Source: the human T2T-CHM13v2.0 reference genome, Homo sapiens
Assembly (NCBI RefSeq): GCF_009914755.1
Contig: NC_060947.1
Strand: one strand, 5' to 3'
Length of the DNA: 64,000 bases
In this document: in pieces, positions 1-13,226 of the stretch
How the letters are laid out: the number at the start of each line of letters is the position of its first letter
Position numbering within the stretch: the first letter of the stretch is position 1
Program-made: the position numbers and the translations under genes
Notes under the pieces: model-generated
Databases searched by the model: none
Seen by the model: only the letters and a program-made list of their open reading frames with translations
What the model was told of the DNA's origin: nothing

Positions 1-537
1 CACATCGTTATATTGCATGATGCTGAAGTTTTGGATATGAATGATCCCATCACTGAGGTAGTGAGCATAGTACTCAACAGTTAGTTTTTCAGCCTTTGCT
101 CCTTTCTCTTTCTGCCCCCTCTGGTAATCCCAAATGTCTATTGCCCTCATCTTTGTGTCCATATGTATCCGATGTTTAGCTCCCACTTATAAGTGAGAAC
201 ATGTAGTATTTGGTTTTCTGCAGGATAATAGGCTCCAGCTGCATTTATGTTGCTGTAAAGCACATAATTTCATAAAAGTAAAAACAATAACAGATGCTGG
301 TAAGGCTGTGGAGAAAATGGAACACTTACACACTGTTGGCAGAAATGTAAACAAGTTCAGACACTGTGGACAGCAGTTTGGAGATTTCTCAAAAACTTAA
401 AACAGAATTACCATTCAACCCAGCAATCCCATTACTGGGTATATCCCCACGGGAAAATAAATCACTGTACCAAAAAGGCATGTACTCATATGTTAATTGC
501 AGCACAATTCACAATAGCAAACACATGGAATCAACCT
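1..537 (-). mobile_element. L1PA15/16-like LINE-1 3' end with inverted 5' segment (twin-priming structure)
   Basis: 1-~272 is L1 3' end sequence in minus orientation (gctcccacttataagtgagaacatg). ~273-537 is the upstream ORF2 C-terminal region in plus orientation ([13 protein letters not shown]), ending at ggaatcaacct. Confidence 0.8.
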
Positions 538-3180
538 TTGCATTTCTTTATAAGTGAAATGAGGTTTTTTTGTAGCAAGCAAATAGTTGGGTCCTGTTTT
601 TCTACACTTCTCTCAGCCATTCTATGTCTTTTAATTTGATAATTTAGTCTATCTATATTTAATATTATTTATAATTAAAAACTATTGCCATTTATTGTTT
701 TATAGTTTTTGTAACTGCTGTCATTGCTTCTTCCTTTCTGTCAGTTTTGTTTACTTAATTTTACTTAAAGTAATCTTCTCCAGTGGTTTAATTAATTCCT
801 TGTTTTTATTTTTAGTATAAATATTATAGGTTTTTGCTTTGTGGTTACCATGAGGCTTACAAAAACTATTCTACAGTTACAAGTTATCCTAAACTAATGA
901 CAACTTAACTTTGATCACAAAGAAAAGAAACTAACAAGCAAAGAAAAAACTAAAATATTCTACAAATTAAATCCATCTCTTCCTTTATGACATTTTGTTG
1001 TCTCAAGTTTTATTTTTTATGTAACCCATTTATTAACAGAATTATATATTTATTGTTATTTTTGACAGATTTTTCTTTTAGTCTTTATACTAAAGATATG
1101 AATGGTTTACACACCAAAAATACAGTATTAGCCTGTTCAGAATTATCTGCGCATTTGCTTTTACCAGTGAGTTTTACACCTTCAGATGATTTCTTGTTGC
1201 AGATTAACATCCTTTTATTTCAGATTGAAAGCTTCCTTTAGCATTTCTTATAAAATGGGTCTGGTGGTTATAAATTTCCTCAGCTTTTGTTTGTCTGGGA
1301 AAGTCTAATTCTCCATGTTTGAAAGATAACTGTGCTGAGTACAATAGCTTTGGTTGAGAGTTTTTTCCCCTTTCAGCACTGTGAATATATCAACCTACTC
1401 CCTCCTTGTCTGTAAGGTTTTCACTGAAAAGTCTGCTGCCAAATGTATCACAGCTTCTTTATATGTTATTGGCTTCTTCTCTCTTGCTCCTTTTGGTATT
1501 CTTTCTTTTTTTTTGATGTTTGAAAGCTCAATTATTATATGCCTCAAGTTCATTTTACTTGAGTTAAATTTGCTTTGTGTTTTTTGACATTCTTGTATTT
1601 GGATATTTTTATTTTTCTCAACATTTGGAAAGTTCTCCACTACTGTTTTTTTAAAATAAATTTGCTACCCCTATATTTTTCTCTATTCCCTCTTTAAGGC
1701 CAATGTCTTTTAGATTTCGTTTTTTACACTATTTTCTAGATCTTATGAACGTTTTTAATTCTTTCTCACTCTTTTTTCATTTTTTAATTTTCTAACTATG
1801 TATTTTCAAATAGCTTGTTTTAGAGCTCATTATTACTTTCTTCTGTTTGATTAATTTTGTGGTTAAAATATCTGATGTATACTTCAATTTCTTAATTGTA
1901 TTTTTCAGCTCTAGAAATTCTGTGTGATTTTTAAAAAATTATTTCAATCTCTATTATTTCTTCTAATACATTTCTGAATTGTTTTTCTGTGTTTTCTTGA
2001 AGTTCACTGAGCTTCTGCAAGACAGCTATTTTAAATTTTCTGTCTAAGAGGTCATACATCTTTGTCACTCTAAGGCCAGCTACTGTGCTTTTTTTAGATT
2101 TTCTGATGAGGTCATATTTCCCTGAATGTTCTTGATGCTTGGAGATGTTCATCAATATCTGTGTATTAACAAGTTGGGTCTTTATTCCAGTTATTACAAT
2201 ATGGCCTTTTTAGTGCCTTTTTGTTCAGAGGGTCTTCCAATAATTCAAAGAGGATTTACTATTGAATTTCCTGAGCCTGTGAACACTGTAGCCACTTCAG
2301 CACTAGAGGGTGCACTAAGACAGAAATGTCGTGACTCTTGTAGACTCACAGATACCCAGCCCTTATGAACTTGAGGAAGATAACAGAGACACAGGCACAC
2401 CCATGGCCACTACAGCTGGCATTGTATTGGGATGCACCTGAGTCCCACCCCCTCCCATATCAATGAAGTATCAGACCTCACCTAAGGCCCATGGCTGTTA
2501 CTTACTGACTACTGCTGATGTTTCCTCAAGGCCTGAGGCCACATTCATCAGCCTGTGGTAAAGTGGACTAGGACATGAGTCCATCTCACTGTGGCAGGGT
2601 ATTCCTTCCTCATCCTAGACTGGGATCTAGAAATGCCGTTCTGAAGCGACTGCCTGGAATCTGGGACACTGGTGCTCAGTGCTATGTTTTACTGCAGCAG
2701 GGCTGGTACTATGTTGCAAGGCAATATCCCTGTACTGTTCCCTCTTCTTTTCCCAAGTAAAAGAAGTCTTTCTCCACACTACAATGCCTGTAATTGAGGG
2801 AGGGGTGATGTGGGCTGCAACAGTTTTTGTCACAATGGGGTGTGCCCTGAGCACACAGCCTCCCAGACCAGCACAGCACTGGGGCTCACCAAGGACCAGG
2901 GTCACTATGGCCTGGCTGACACCAGACCACTTTATTCACCTATTGGTGAAGTGAGTCAGGTTTTGGTTTCCTCCCAAAGGGGTGGTAAACTTTCCTCTGG
3001 ACCAGGCCGGGTATTAAATGCTTCCTTTGTGGGCACCAGCCTAAAGTCAAGGACTGAGAAAATCTGCCCAGTTCTCTGTTAGACTATAGCAAGACCAGCA
3101 TTGAATTCCAATGCAAAATCCTTTACTCACTTCCCCTACTGTAACACTGCACACAGATTCTTTCTCCACACATCCAGCTT
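538..3180 (-). mobile_element. Old L1M (L1MA-type) 5'UTR/ORF1/inter-ORF fragment
   Basis: Minus ORFs 1395-1640 (ENFPNVEK..IQIQECQKT..RHIII..IHLAADFS) and 1931-2155 resemble L1 ORF1p. GC-richer 5'UTR-like sequence at 2300-3180. Confidence 0.75.
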
Positions 3181-3189
3181 TCTTTTTTT

Positions 3190-4130
3190 TTCTGGAATTA
3201 AATTCAATAGTTTGTGTCTTTCTTGTTCATAGTATTCCCTAATAATTATTTGCATATTTGTAAATTGGTATTCATACTCTCTCTTTCCTTTCCAATTTCA
3301 GTAATTTACACATTTTTACTTTAAATCAGTCCACCTAAAGTTTTGCCGATCATTTTTAAAAGCCAACTTTTATTAGTACTGGTTTTGTCTATTGTTTTTT
3401 ATTTATACTTTATTTATTTCTTCTCTAATTTTTATTTCTTCATTCTACTAATTTTGGTGTTGGTTTGCTCTTGTTTTTCCAATGTCTTATAGTAGATATT
3501 AGGCTGTTGATTTGAAGTTTTTCTTCTTTTTTATAAATAGAGGTGTTCACAGTTATAAATTATACTATAAGCATTGCTTTATCTGCATTTTATATGTTGG
3601 TATATTGTATTTTTATTTTGTCTCAAGGTATTCTCTTGTGATTTCCCCTTTGATGCATTTGTAATTTAAAAGTGACTTCAATATTCCCCAAAGATTGTGA
3701 ACTACCCAAGTTTCTTTCTGTTATCAAATTATAATTTAATTTCAATGTGTTTATAGGGTATAGATTTTGAGGTAATAATCCTCTTAATTTTGTTGAGTTT
3801 GTTTCATGACCTATCATAGAGAAAGTTTCTTGTACCCTGAAAAATAATGTGCACTCTGTTGTTGGCTGGTGGAGTGCTCCATAGATATGTTGTCTAGTTT
3901 GCATAGAGTGTTTTAAAATATTTTATTTTTTGTTACTCTTCTGCTGAGTTGTTTTATTCATTAGAGTAAGTGGGGGCATTGAAGTGCCTGGTTATTACCA
4001 TTGAATTGTCTATGTTTTTTCTCAATTATGTCAGCCTGTGCTGACAAGCCTCTGATGACATGTTCATATACATTTTAATTATTATAATTTCTTGATAGAT
4101 TGACCCTTTCATCATTATACAATGCCATTC
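3190..4130 (-). mobile_element. Old L1M ORF2 endonuclease-region fragment (host element; resumes ~6145-6375 and ~8031-8100)
   Basis: Minus ORFs contain degraded L1 EN motifs (YGALHQPTTECTLF, IMMKGSIYQEIII). Confidence 0.7.
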
Positions 4131-4131
4131 T

Positions 4132-6140
4132 TTTTTATTATTATTATTTATTTTTATTTCTGTGGGTATACAGTAGGCATATATATTTATGGCATATGTG
4201 AGATAGTCTGGCATAGGCATCCAATGCTTAATAAGCACATCATGGGAAACTGGGTATCCATCCACTCAAGCATTTATCTTTTCCATTACAAAAAAAAAAT
4301 CCAATCATACTTTTTTATTTATTTTAAAGTTCACAGTTAAATTATTATTGACTATAGTTACTCTGTTGTGCTATCAAATACTAGATCTTATTCTTTCAAG
4401 TTATGTTTTTGTAGCCATTAACAATCCCCACCTCCCACTCCACACACCCAGTACATTTACCAGCCTATGATAACAACCTTTCTACTTTCTATCTCCATAA
4501 ATGTAATTGTTTTGATTTATAAATATCACAATAAGTGAGAATATGCAATGTTTGTCTGTCTGTGCCTGGCTTATTTCACTTAACATAATGATCTCCAGTT
4601 TCATCCATGTTGTTGTAAATAAAAAGATCCCATTCATTTTTATGGTTAAATAGTACTCCATTGTGTATAAATACCACATTTTCTTTAGCCATTCATCTGC
4701 TGATGGACACATAGGTTGCTTCCAAATCTTGTCTATTGTGAAGAGTGCTGCAACAAACATTGGAAAGCAGATCTGTCATTGATATATTGATTTCCCTTCT
4801 TTTGAGTACATATCCAAGAGTGGGATTGCCAAATCATATGGTAGCTCTATTTTTAGTTATTTGAAAAACCTTCAAGTGTTCTACATAGTCATTATACTAA
4901 TTTACATCCCCACTAACAAGGTCTGAGGATTGCCTTTTCTCCACATCCTCTCCAGCATTAGTTGTGGCCTGTCTTTTGGATAAAAGCCATTTTAACTTGG
5001 TTGAGATGACACCTCATTGAAGTTTTGATTTTCCTTTGTCTGATGATCAATAAACACCTTTGCATATGCCTGTTTGCCATTAGTATATGTTCTTTTGAGA
5101 AATGCCTATTCACATATTTTGCTCATTTAAAATCAGATTATTAGTTTTTTTTCCTATAGAGTTGTTTGAAATCCTTATATATTACGGTTATTATTGTCAG
5201 ATGGGTAGTTTTCAAATATTTTCTTTCATTCTGTGGGTTGCATCTTCATTTTTTTGATAGGTTCCTTTGCTGTGAATAAGCTTTTTAACTGATGCAATTC
5301 CATTTGTCCATTTATGCTTTAGCTGCCTATGCTTACAGGGCATTACTCAGGAAATTTTTGCCCAGAAAAATGTCCTGGAGAATTTCACAAATGTTTTATT
5401 GTAATAGTTTCATAGTGTGAGGTGTCAAATTTAAGTCTTTAATGCATTTTGATTTGAGTTTTGTATATGTTGAGAGATAGGGGTCTAGTTATATTTTTCT
5501 CCATATGGATAACCAGTTTTTTCAGCAGCATTTATTGAAGGCACTGTCTTTTCACCAATGTATGTTCTTGACACCTTTGTAAAAAATGAGTTTACCGTAG
5601 GTGTGTGCATTTGTTTCTGGGTTCTCTATATTCTGTTTCATTGATCTATGTGGCTGTTTTTATGCCATAATCATGCTGTTTTGGTCACTATAGCTCTGTG
5701 TATAATTTGAAGTCAGGTAATGTGATTCTTCCAGTTTTAGTTTTTTAATTTTTTTTTTTTTTTTTGGCTCATGATAGCTTTAGCTATTCTGGGTCTTTGG
5801 TGGTTCCATATAATATTAGCATTGTTTTTTCTATTTATTTAAAGAATGTCATTGGTATTTTGATAGAGAGTACATTGAATTTGTAGATGGCTTTTGGTAG
5901 TATGAACATTTTGACAATATTGATTCTTCTAATCCATGAACAAGGAACATCTTTTCTTTGTGTTCTCTCCAATTTCTTTCATTAGTGTTTTATATTTCTC
6001 ATTGTCAAGATCTTACACTTTTTTGTTTATTTCTCAGTTGTTTAATTTTATTTGAGGCTATTGTAAATGGGATTAATTATTTTATTTCTTTTTCTAATTG
6101 TTCTCTCTTGGCATGTATAAATTATACTGATTTTGGTACG
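4132..6140 (-). mobile_element. L1MA 3' portion (ORF2 C-terminus plus 3'UTR)
   Basis: ORF 4482-4760 MFVAALFTIDKIWKQPMCPS..WLKKMWYLYTMEYY matches the ORF2 C-terminus. T-rich tail at 4131-4160. Confidence 0.85.
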
Positions 6141-6375
6141 TTTTTATTTTTAGCAACACTTTTTTTACAGTCTATTGTTTACTTTTATTTTTATAGCCTC
6201 ACCATCATTCTTATTGTTGCTGTTTGCATGACATATATTTTTATTTCTTTGCTTTCAACCCATTTCTTTCTTAAAATATAACCTGTGTCTTCTCTAGAAA
6301 GTATATAATTGCACTTTGTTTTTTTATTGTGACAATCTTTCTTTACATTGATCAGTTTAATATATTTACATTTCA

Positions 6376-8029
6376 TGACACTGCTGCCTGTGTGAACACA
6401 CCAAATCACCCCCAATGATGCTTATACATGGGCACCTGGCTACACAGCCATCACCAGCACAAAGATGTGCACAGAGGCAGGCAAACCTATCCCCCTCCCC
6501 CACCCCCACAAACATGTCACCGCCATTGCCAGTATGAAGGCATCCATGGAGGCTGATGACCACACCCCCACCAGGACCCTGTCCCCATTGCCACCACCAC
6601 TACCAATGTAATCACACACAGGAATGCTGCAGCTCCACTCCAGTCCTAGCTAATGAGCATGCACCCCACTGCACTGCTGTGGCTGCTGACTCACCTGAAT
6701 GACCCACAGATCCAACAACCACTGCCCTGATAAAGCATTTTGGCTAATATCATCCATTGGAGTGTTGTGACCAACATACCAGGAACACTTCTGTCCCTCC
6801 AGTGCAGCAGGTTCCTAACCTCGAGGGGCCAGAGAACAAAGCCAACTCAAGGTGAATTAAAAGACTTAAATATAAAACCAAAAACTATGAAAAACATGGA
6901 AGATAAACTAGGAAATACCATTTTTGACATAGGTACTACCAAAAATTTCATGATAAAAATGCCAAATGCAATTGCAACAAAAGCAAAAATTGACAAATGG
7001 GATACAATTAAACTAAAGAGCTGCTGCACAGCAAAAGAAACTATCAACAGAGTAAAAAGGCAACCTACAAAATAGGGAAAATATTTGCAAACTATACATC
7101 AGACAAAGTCCTAATATCCAGAATCTACAAGGAACTTAAACAAACATACAAGGAAAAGACATACAACCCATTAAAAAGTGGGCAAATGACGTGAACAGAC
7201 ACTTTTCTAAGGAAGACATACATGTGGCTAACAACCAGATGAGAAAATGCTCAACATCACTCATAATTTTTGAAACGGAAATCAAATCCACAATGAGATA
7301 CCATTTCACAAAACTCATAATGGTTATTAAAAAATACTAGATGCTAGTAAGGTTGTGGAGAAAATGAAACACATATGTTGCTGGTGGGAATGTGAATTTG
7401 TTCAGTCATTGTACAAAGCAGCTTGACAATTTCTCTAAGAGCTCAAAACAGAACTTCTATTGATCCCAGCAATCCCATTATTGGGTATATAGCCCCCAAA
7501 ATGTAAATTGTTCTGCCATAAAGACATATGCACACCTATGTTGATAGCAGCACTATTCACAAACGCAAAAACATGGAATCAACCTAAATGACTATCAACA
7601 GTTAACTGGATAGAGAAATTTATTACATATACACCATGAAATACTACACAGCCATAAAAAAGAATGAGATGTCCTTTGCAGCAACAAAGGACATTGGAGG
7701 CCATTATCCTAATCCTAAGTAAACTAGTGCAGGAACACAAAACCAAATATCGCATGCTGTCGCTTATAAGTGGGAACTAAATGTTGAGTACACATGGACA
7801 CAAAGAAGGGAACGACAGACACCAGGGCTTACTTGAGGGTGGTGGGTGGGAGTATGGTGAGGATATTAAAACTGCCTGTTGGGGACTATGCTTATCACCT
7901 TAGTGATGAAATAATTGGTACACCGCACCCCCATGACACAAATTAACACCGCACCCCCATGACACAAGTTAACAAATCTGAACATGTATCCCTTAACCTA
8001 AAATAAGAGTGAAAAACAAAGAAACAAAA
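6376..8029 (+). mobile_element. L1PA14-16/L1PREC2-like element with 5'UTR fused directly to late ORF2
   Basis: 6376-6843 resembles the 5'UTR at 42.9-43.36 kb. From 6844 the sequence is ORF2 ([21 protein letters not shown]), then 3'UTR and A-tail. Decayed TSD aatatatttacatttca (6359-6375) / aatacattcacatttaa (8030-8046), 14/17. Confidence 0.8.
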
Positions 8030-8112
8030 AATACATTCACATTTAATACTTTTATTGATATAGTTGAATTTATGTCTAATATTCTACTTTGTTCTCTCTC
8101 TGTATTTATGTA

Positions 8113-8399
8113 TAGCATTTGGTGTCTGGTGAGGGAATTATTGTTCTATCTTGAATGATGGAGGAGGTGAAAAGAACAAAAGAGACAAATACTGTTTTCT
8201 CAAATGGCAGAAGTATGGAAGAAACAAAAGGGGCCTAAGCTATATCCTTCCTATCCTTTTGTAAGGTACTAATCCATTAATGTGGGGAGACTTTTCATGA
8301 CTTAATCACATCCCAACAGGACCCACTTCATAATACCACCACAATATGGATTCAGTTTTAACATGGATTTTGGATGTGATACACATTCAAACCACAGCA
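8113..8399 (-). mobile_element. Partial MST-family MaLR LTR
   Basis: Contains tggtgtctggtgaggg and catgacttaatcacatccc, ending acattcaaaccacagca, the typical MST terminus in reverse. Confidence 0.65.
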
Positions 8400-8434
8400 G
8401 AATTTAACCATGTAGGTTGAATTATCCCAGTGCC

Positions 8435-8494
<60 letters not shown>

Positions 8495-8503
8495 TGTGTG
8501 TGT
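8435..8503. repeat. (TG)n microsatellite
   Basis: About 34 TG units with two interruptions, read directly. Confidence 0.95.
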
Positions 8504-8539
8504 CTTGCCACAGAGCATTTTCTAAAATATTTTGAAAAA

Positions 8540-9560
8540 GTTACCATAAAAATGAATTACTGAAGCCTCAAAACTAATCCTTGGGGAAAAAGAGAATTTG
8601 ATTTCCCAAGTTACCTCATTAGAATACTCAAAGTATTCAATTATTAATAAAAGATTACAAAGCCTACACAAAAACAGAAATACATGGCTCACTAACAGGA
8701 AAAATACTAGATAAAATTATATTTTGTAAACCAAGACACTGGAATTACTAGATAAAGATATCAAATCATCTGTTTTATATATGATCAAAGAGTTAAAGAA
8801 ACCGTGGACATAGAATCAAAAATTAGGAAAAAGACACATGAATAGTAACAAATGTCAATAAATTACTAGAAATTATAAAAAGGAACCAAAAAGGTGTTAC
8901 TGAGCTGAAAAGTACAATAGCTTAAGTAAATTCACTAGAGACATTCAATGATAGATTTGAGCACACTCAAAATAAGAATCAGCAAACTTAAGGCAATTGG
9001 AATTATCTAGTAAGAAGCATAGAAATAAAAAAGAATAAAGAAAAATAACATAACCGAAGGGCCCTGTGGGACACTATATACATACTAATTATGCATTTTT
9101 GGAGTCTCAGAAGGAGAAGAGAGAGGAAAAGAAGAGGAGAAAATATTTGAAGAAACAATGGCTGAAAATGTTCTAAATGTAATGGAAGACATAAATCTAA
9201 GTATCCAAGTATCTCAGCAAACTCTAGGTATGACAAACTCAAATCCACACAGTATATAGTCAAACCACTGGAAGAGAAATATAAGTCTATGCTTAGGATC
9301 TTCGATAAGATTAAGAAATGATTTCTCATCAGAAACCAAGAAAGAAAAATAGCAGTAAGACAATATATTTAAAGTGCTGAAAGAAGAAAAAATTAAGCAA
9401 ATATTCTATATATGGTGAAACTATCCTTCAAGAATGACAGAAAAATTAGGTATTCCCAGGTTTTAAAAAAGCTGAGAGAGTTGACTATTAGTAAATCTTC
9501 CCTAAAAATCTTGACAGTAATTCAAAGGTATATTAAAAAAAATAACATTGGTAAAGGCAA
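8540..9560 (+). mobile_element. Old L1M (L1MB/MC-type) ORF1 region; host of the MER4 provirus
   Basis: ORF1-like peptide VKLSFKNDRKIRYSQ..KLREL. The sequence ..ggtaaagg continues as gtaactatataggtaaatataaaagccag at 17260. Confidence 0.7.
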
Positions 9561-10000
9561 TGTGAACTCCCAAAATCTGAGACAGGTCTCAGTGAATTTA
9601 GAAAGTTTCTTTTGCTAAGGTTGTGGACACACACCCATGACACAACCTCAGGCCTAATGACATGTGCCCAAGGTGGTCAGAGCACAGTTTGGTTTTATAC
9701 ATTTTAGGGAGACATGAGACATCAATCAACATATGTAAGATAAGCATTAGTTCAGTTTGGATAAGTAGGACAACTCAAATTGGAGAGAGGGCTTCCAGGT
9801 CATAGGTAGATAAGAGACAAATGATTGCATTCTTTTGAGTTTCTGATTACCCTTTCCAAAGGAGGCAATCAGGTATATATTTATCACAAGAGCAGAATGA
9901 TGACTTTGAATAGAATGGGAAGCAGGATTGCCCTAAGCAGATCAGCTGGCTTTGTTCTTAGCTTAGTGATTTGGGGGCCCCAAGATATTTTCCTTTCACA
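9561..10000 (-). mobile_element. 3' LTR (MER4A/MER4A1-like)
   Basis: Minus strand begins TGTGAAAGGAAAATATCTTGGGGCCCCC and ends GAGTTCACA. Preceded on minus by the purine tract AAAAGGAAAAGGGGGAAA. Confidence 0.9.
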
Positions 10001-10017
10001 TTTCCCCCTTTTCCTTT

Positions 10018-10338
<321 letters not shown>

Positions 10339-12188
10339 TCCCTCCTTTTCTTTTTAAAAATATTTTAGAGAAAGCATTTTAAAAAAATGAGTCTCTGGTC
10401 TCAGATTTTGTCTAATCTCTTGTGGCTAGGATAGTTTATTCCTAGACAGGTAGGTCCCGAGTTATTAGGAAAGCTTATATTTAGAAGGTTGTAAAGTTTC
10501 ATGTCCTATGAAAACAAAATAGGTGGAAGAAGGGAGAAAATTAACATAAAGCAAAAGAACAATCCTGGAGAATTGACATAGGTCAGATTACTCTGAAGTT
10601 GATACATCAGTAACCAGGTATGAAAGTGGCTTATGCATGTGAATAGGTTGCAATTATTGTCTTCTAAAGTTCAAGCTGTCTAGTGTCAGTTTGCAGGGAT
10701 TTATGAAAGCACAGCTTAGTTTTCAGTGATCCTAAATTAGGAAACATGGGTGGGGGAAGAAGGAAAAAAATGAAAACAACATTTTGAAGACTTGTACCCA
10801 AGAAAAATTAGAATTCGGTCCAAACTGTAGAAAATAATAAAAATTTAAAAAGCATTAGGCAATACTAGAATCAAAAACAGGTGTACTATAGTTTTTAAAA
10901 CATAATTATTCTCTCTCCAGTTTTCCATTTTTGCTAAATACAAATCATGGTGGGACTGGTTTGCTTTATTATACTTGGCCTAATTATTTGTGTACACTGC
11001 AGCCAGAATAATTATTTTTTACATAGGCTTTTGCATTGGCTTTGGTGAATTCTTTCATAGAAGGAATCTCAGATAAGACTTTTTTAAAGTACAAATACCT
11101 ATGATTTGGGTGATCCTTTCCTCTTTAGTCCCAAGATAAAACTTGGGGCTCCTAGGTCTGTCAGAAAGTGATATTCTTTACTTACCACAGGTCAGGAACT
11201 CTGTTCAGAGACTGCGTAGACAAGTATGAGTCCAGTTTTCTCAAGGGGCTTTTGTTGGATCCGTAAGTTAAGTTTGATTCCTTAAAGGAAAGGACACCAT
11301 TCCAGTCAAAGCCTCCGTAAAACAACCAGTTTCTCCGATTGTTCCCTGTTATAAATGAAAACAGATTCTTATTGCAGTTATGAAAATAACTGTATTGCCA
11401 AAAGTTCAGAATACTGAAAAATAGTTTTCAAATTCTGGAGAAATCAAGTAGAGCGAAAACAAGTATGTTCTAAATGTTGTTCATAGGAGTATAGTAAATT
11501 GTTAAAAGCTGTTAATAGCTGAAAAGACAAGTTTCCTTGACTCTGAAAGAACAAAACAAAGGATCAGCAAGTTTTTAAGCAAAAAGTCAAAAAGATTATT
11601 TCAGTTTTCTATTATTTCAGTGCATGTAGTTAGTTCCTGTTCTGCTGGATATTCATGAACATTTCATCTATCCATGAGTCCTGAAAGTTTTTATTCTCTT
11701 CTGATGTCACAATCTCTAAAGCGACCAGAAACTTGTATATAAGAGCACCTGTTAGAGTTTCATAGTTGATTAAAAAACCACCTTCTAAGGAGGACCAAAG
11801 CAAGCCAATTGTCTGTGGATGATAAAAGGTTTTAGGGCAGCCATAGTCAATGACGCAACTGACAAGGAAATGTTTTACCTCTGTGGCACACAATAATTTA
11901 ACATAACAATCATAATTATTACTGATAATGTACCCTAAGTCATATCAGAATTATAGGAGTTTCTCATGATTTTGGAACATATACCAATAACATATTTATA
12001 CAAATGTAGCCCAAAGAAAACCAAACATCATTTCATATTTGACAATTCTTCCTATATAATTTTTATACCAAATAAGCCAAATTATGTCATTTTTGGACTT
12101 TAAGGAACTTAATATCTTAAAGGATTAATTAGGTCAGACAAATACATAATTTACAATTTGATTTTGGAAACTTTGTCAAATAGCAAAG

Positions 12189-12550
12189 TTATATGGTTTG
12201 GCTGTGTCCCCACCCAAATCTCATCTTGAGTTGTAGCTTCCATAATTCCCAGGTGTTGTGGAAGGGACCCAGTGGGAGATAATTGAATCATGGGGGTGGT
12301 TTTCCCTGTACTGTTCTGATGGTAGTAAATAAGTCTCCTGAGACATGATGGTTTTATAAGAGGTTTCCCCTTTCACTTGGTTCTCATTCTCTCTTGCCTA
12401 CTGCCATGTAAGACATGCCTTTCACCTTATGCCATGATTGTGAGGCTTCCCCAGCCATATGGAACTGTAAGTTCATTAAACCTCTTTTTCTTTTTAAATT
12501 ACTGAGTCTTGGGTATGTCTTTATCAGCAGCACGAAAATGAACTAATACA
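12189..12550 (+). mobile_element. THE1 (MaLR) solo LTR
   Basis: ttatatggtttggctgtgtccccacccaaatctcatc..aactaataca with perfect 5-bp TSD CAAAG (12184-12188, 12551-12555). Confidence 0.92.
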
Positions 12551-12866
12551 CAAAGGTTTAAAACACCTGATATCACAGGTCATTGTAAAATAAGTCATTC
12601 ATTTGAAAAGTCATAACTCAAGGATTTCAATAAAAGGCAAAAATCCTTCATTCTTTGAGAGGAGACTTAATTCTCCAAACAATAAGCCCTAATAAACACA
12701 ACATAAAGCCAAACAAATTTGTTTTTTAAAATTTTATAAACAATTTATACAATTTTAATGTTGACCATAAGATATAACTTTAATAATCCTTTTGTACACT
12801 TTATAACCTTTATTAAGGAGTCACTTAATGCTTCAAGAAAACCTTGTTAATCTAACACAGGGGCCC

Positions 12867-13226
12867 TGTATTAGTCTGTTTCTATTCTACTGATAAAGAC
12901 ATACCTGAGACTGGGCAATCTACAAAAGAAAGAGGTTTAATGGACTCACAATTCTGCAGGGCTGAGGAGGCCTCACAATCATGCTGGAAGGTAAAGCTCA
13001 CACCACATGGCAGCAGGCAAGAGAAGAATGAAAGTCAAGCAAAAGGGGTTTCTCCTTATGAAACCATCAGATCTCGTGAAACTTATTCACTACCTCGAGA
13101 CCACTATGGGGGAAACCACCTTCATGGTTCAATTATCTTCCACTGGCTCCCTCCCACAACATGAGGGAATTATGGGAGCTACAATTCAAGATGAGATTTG
13201 GGTGGGGACACAGCCAAAACATATCA
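12867..13226 (-). mobile_element. THE1 (MaLR) solo LTR
   Basis: tgtattagtctgtt..cagccaaaacatatca with perfect 5-bp TSD GGCCC (12862-12866, 13227-13231). Confidence 0.92.
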
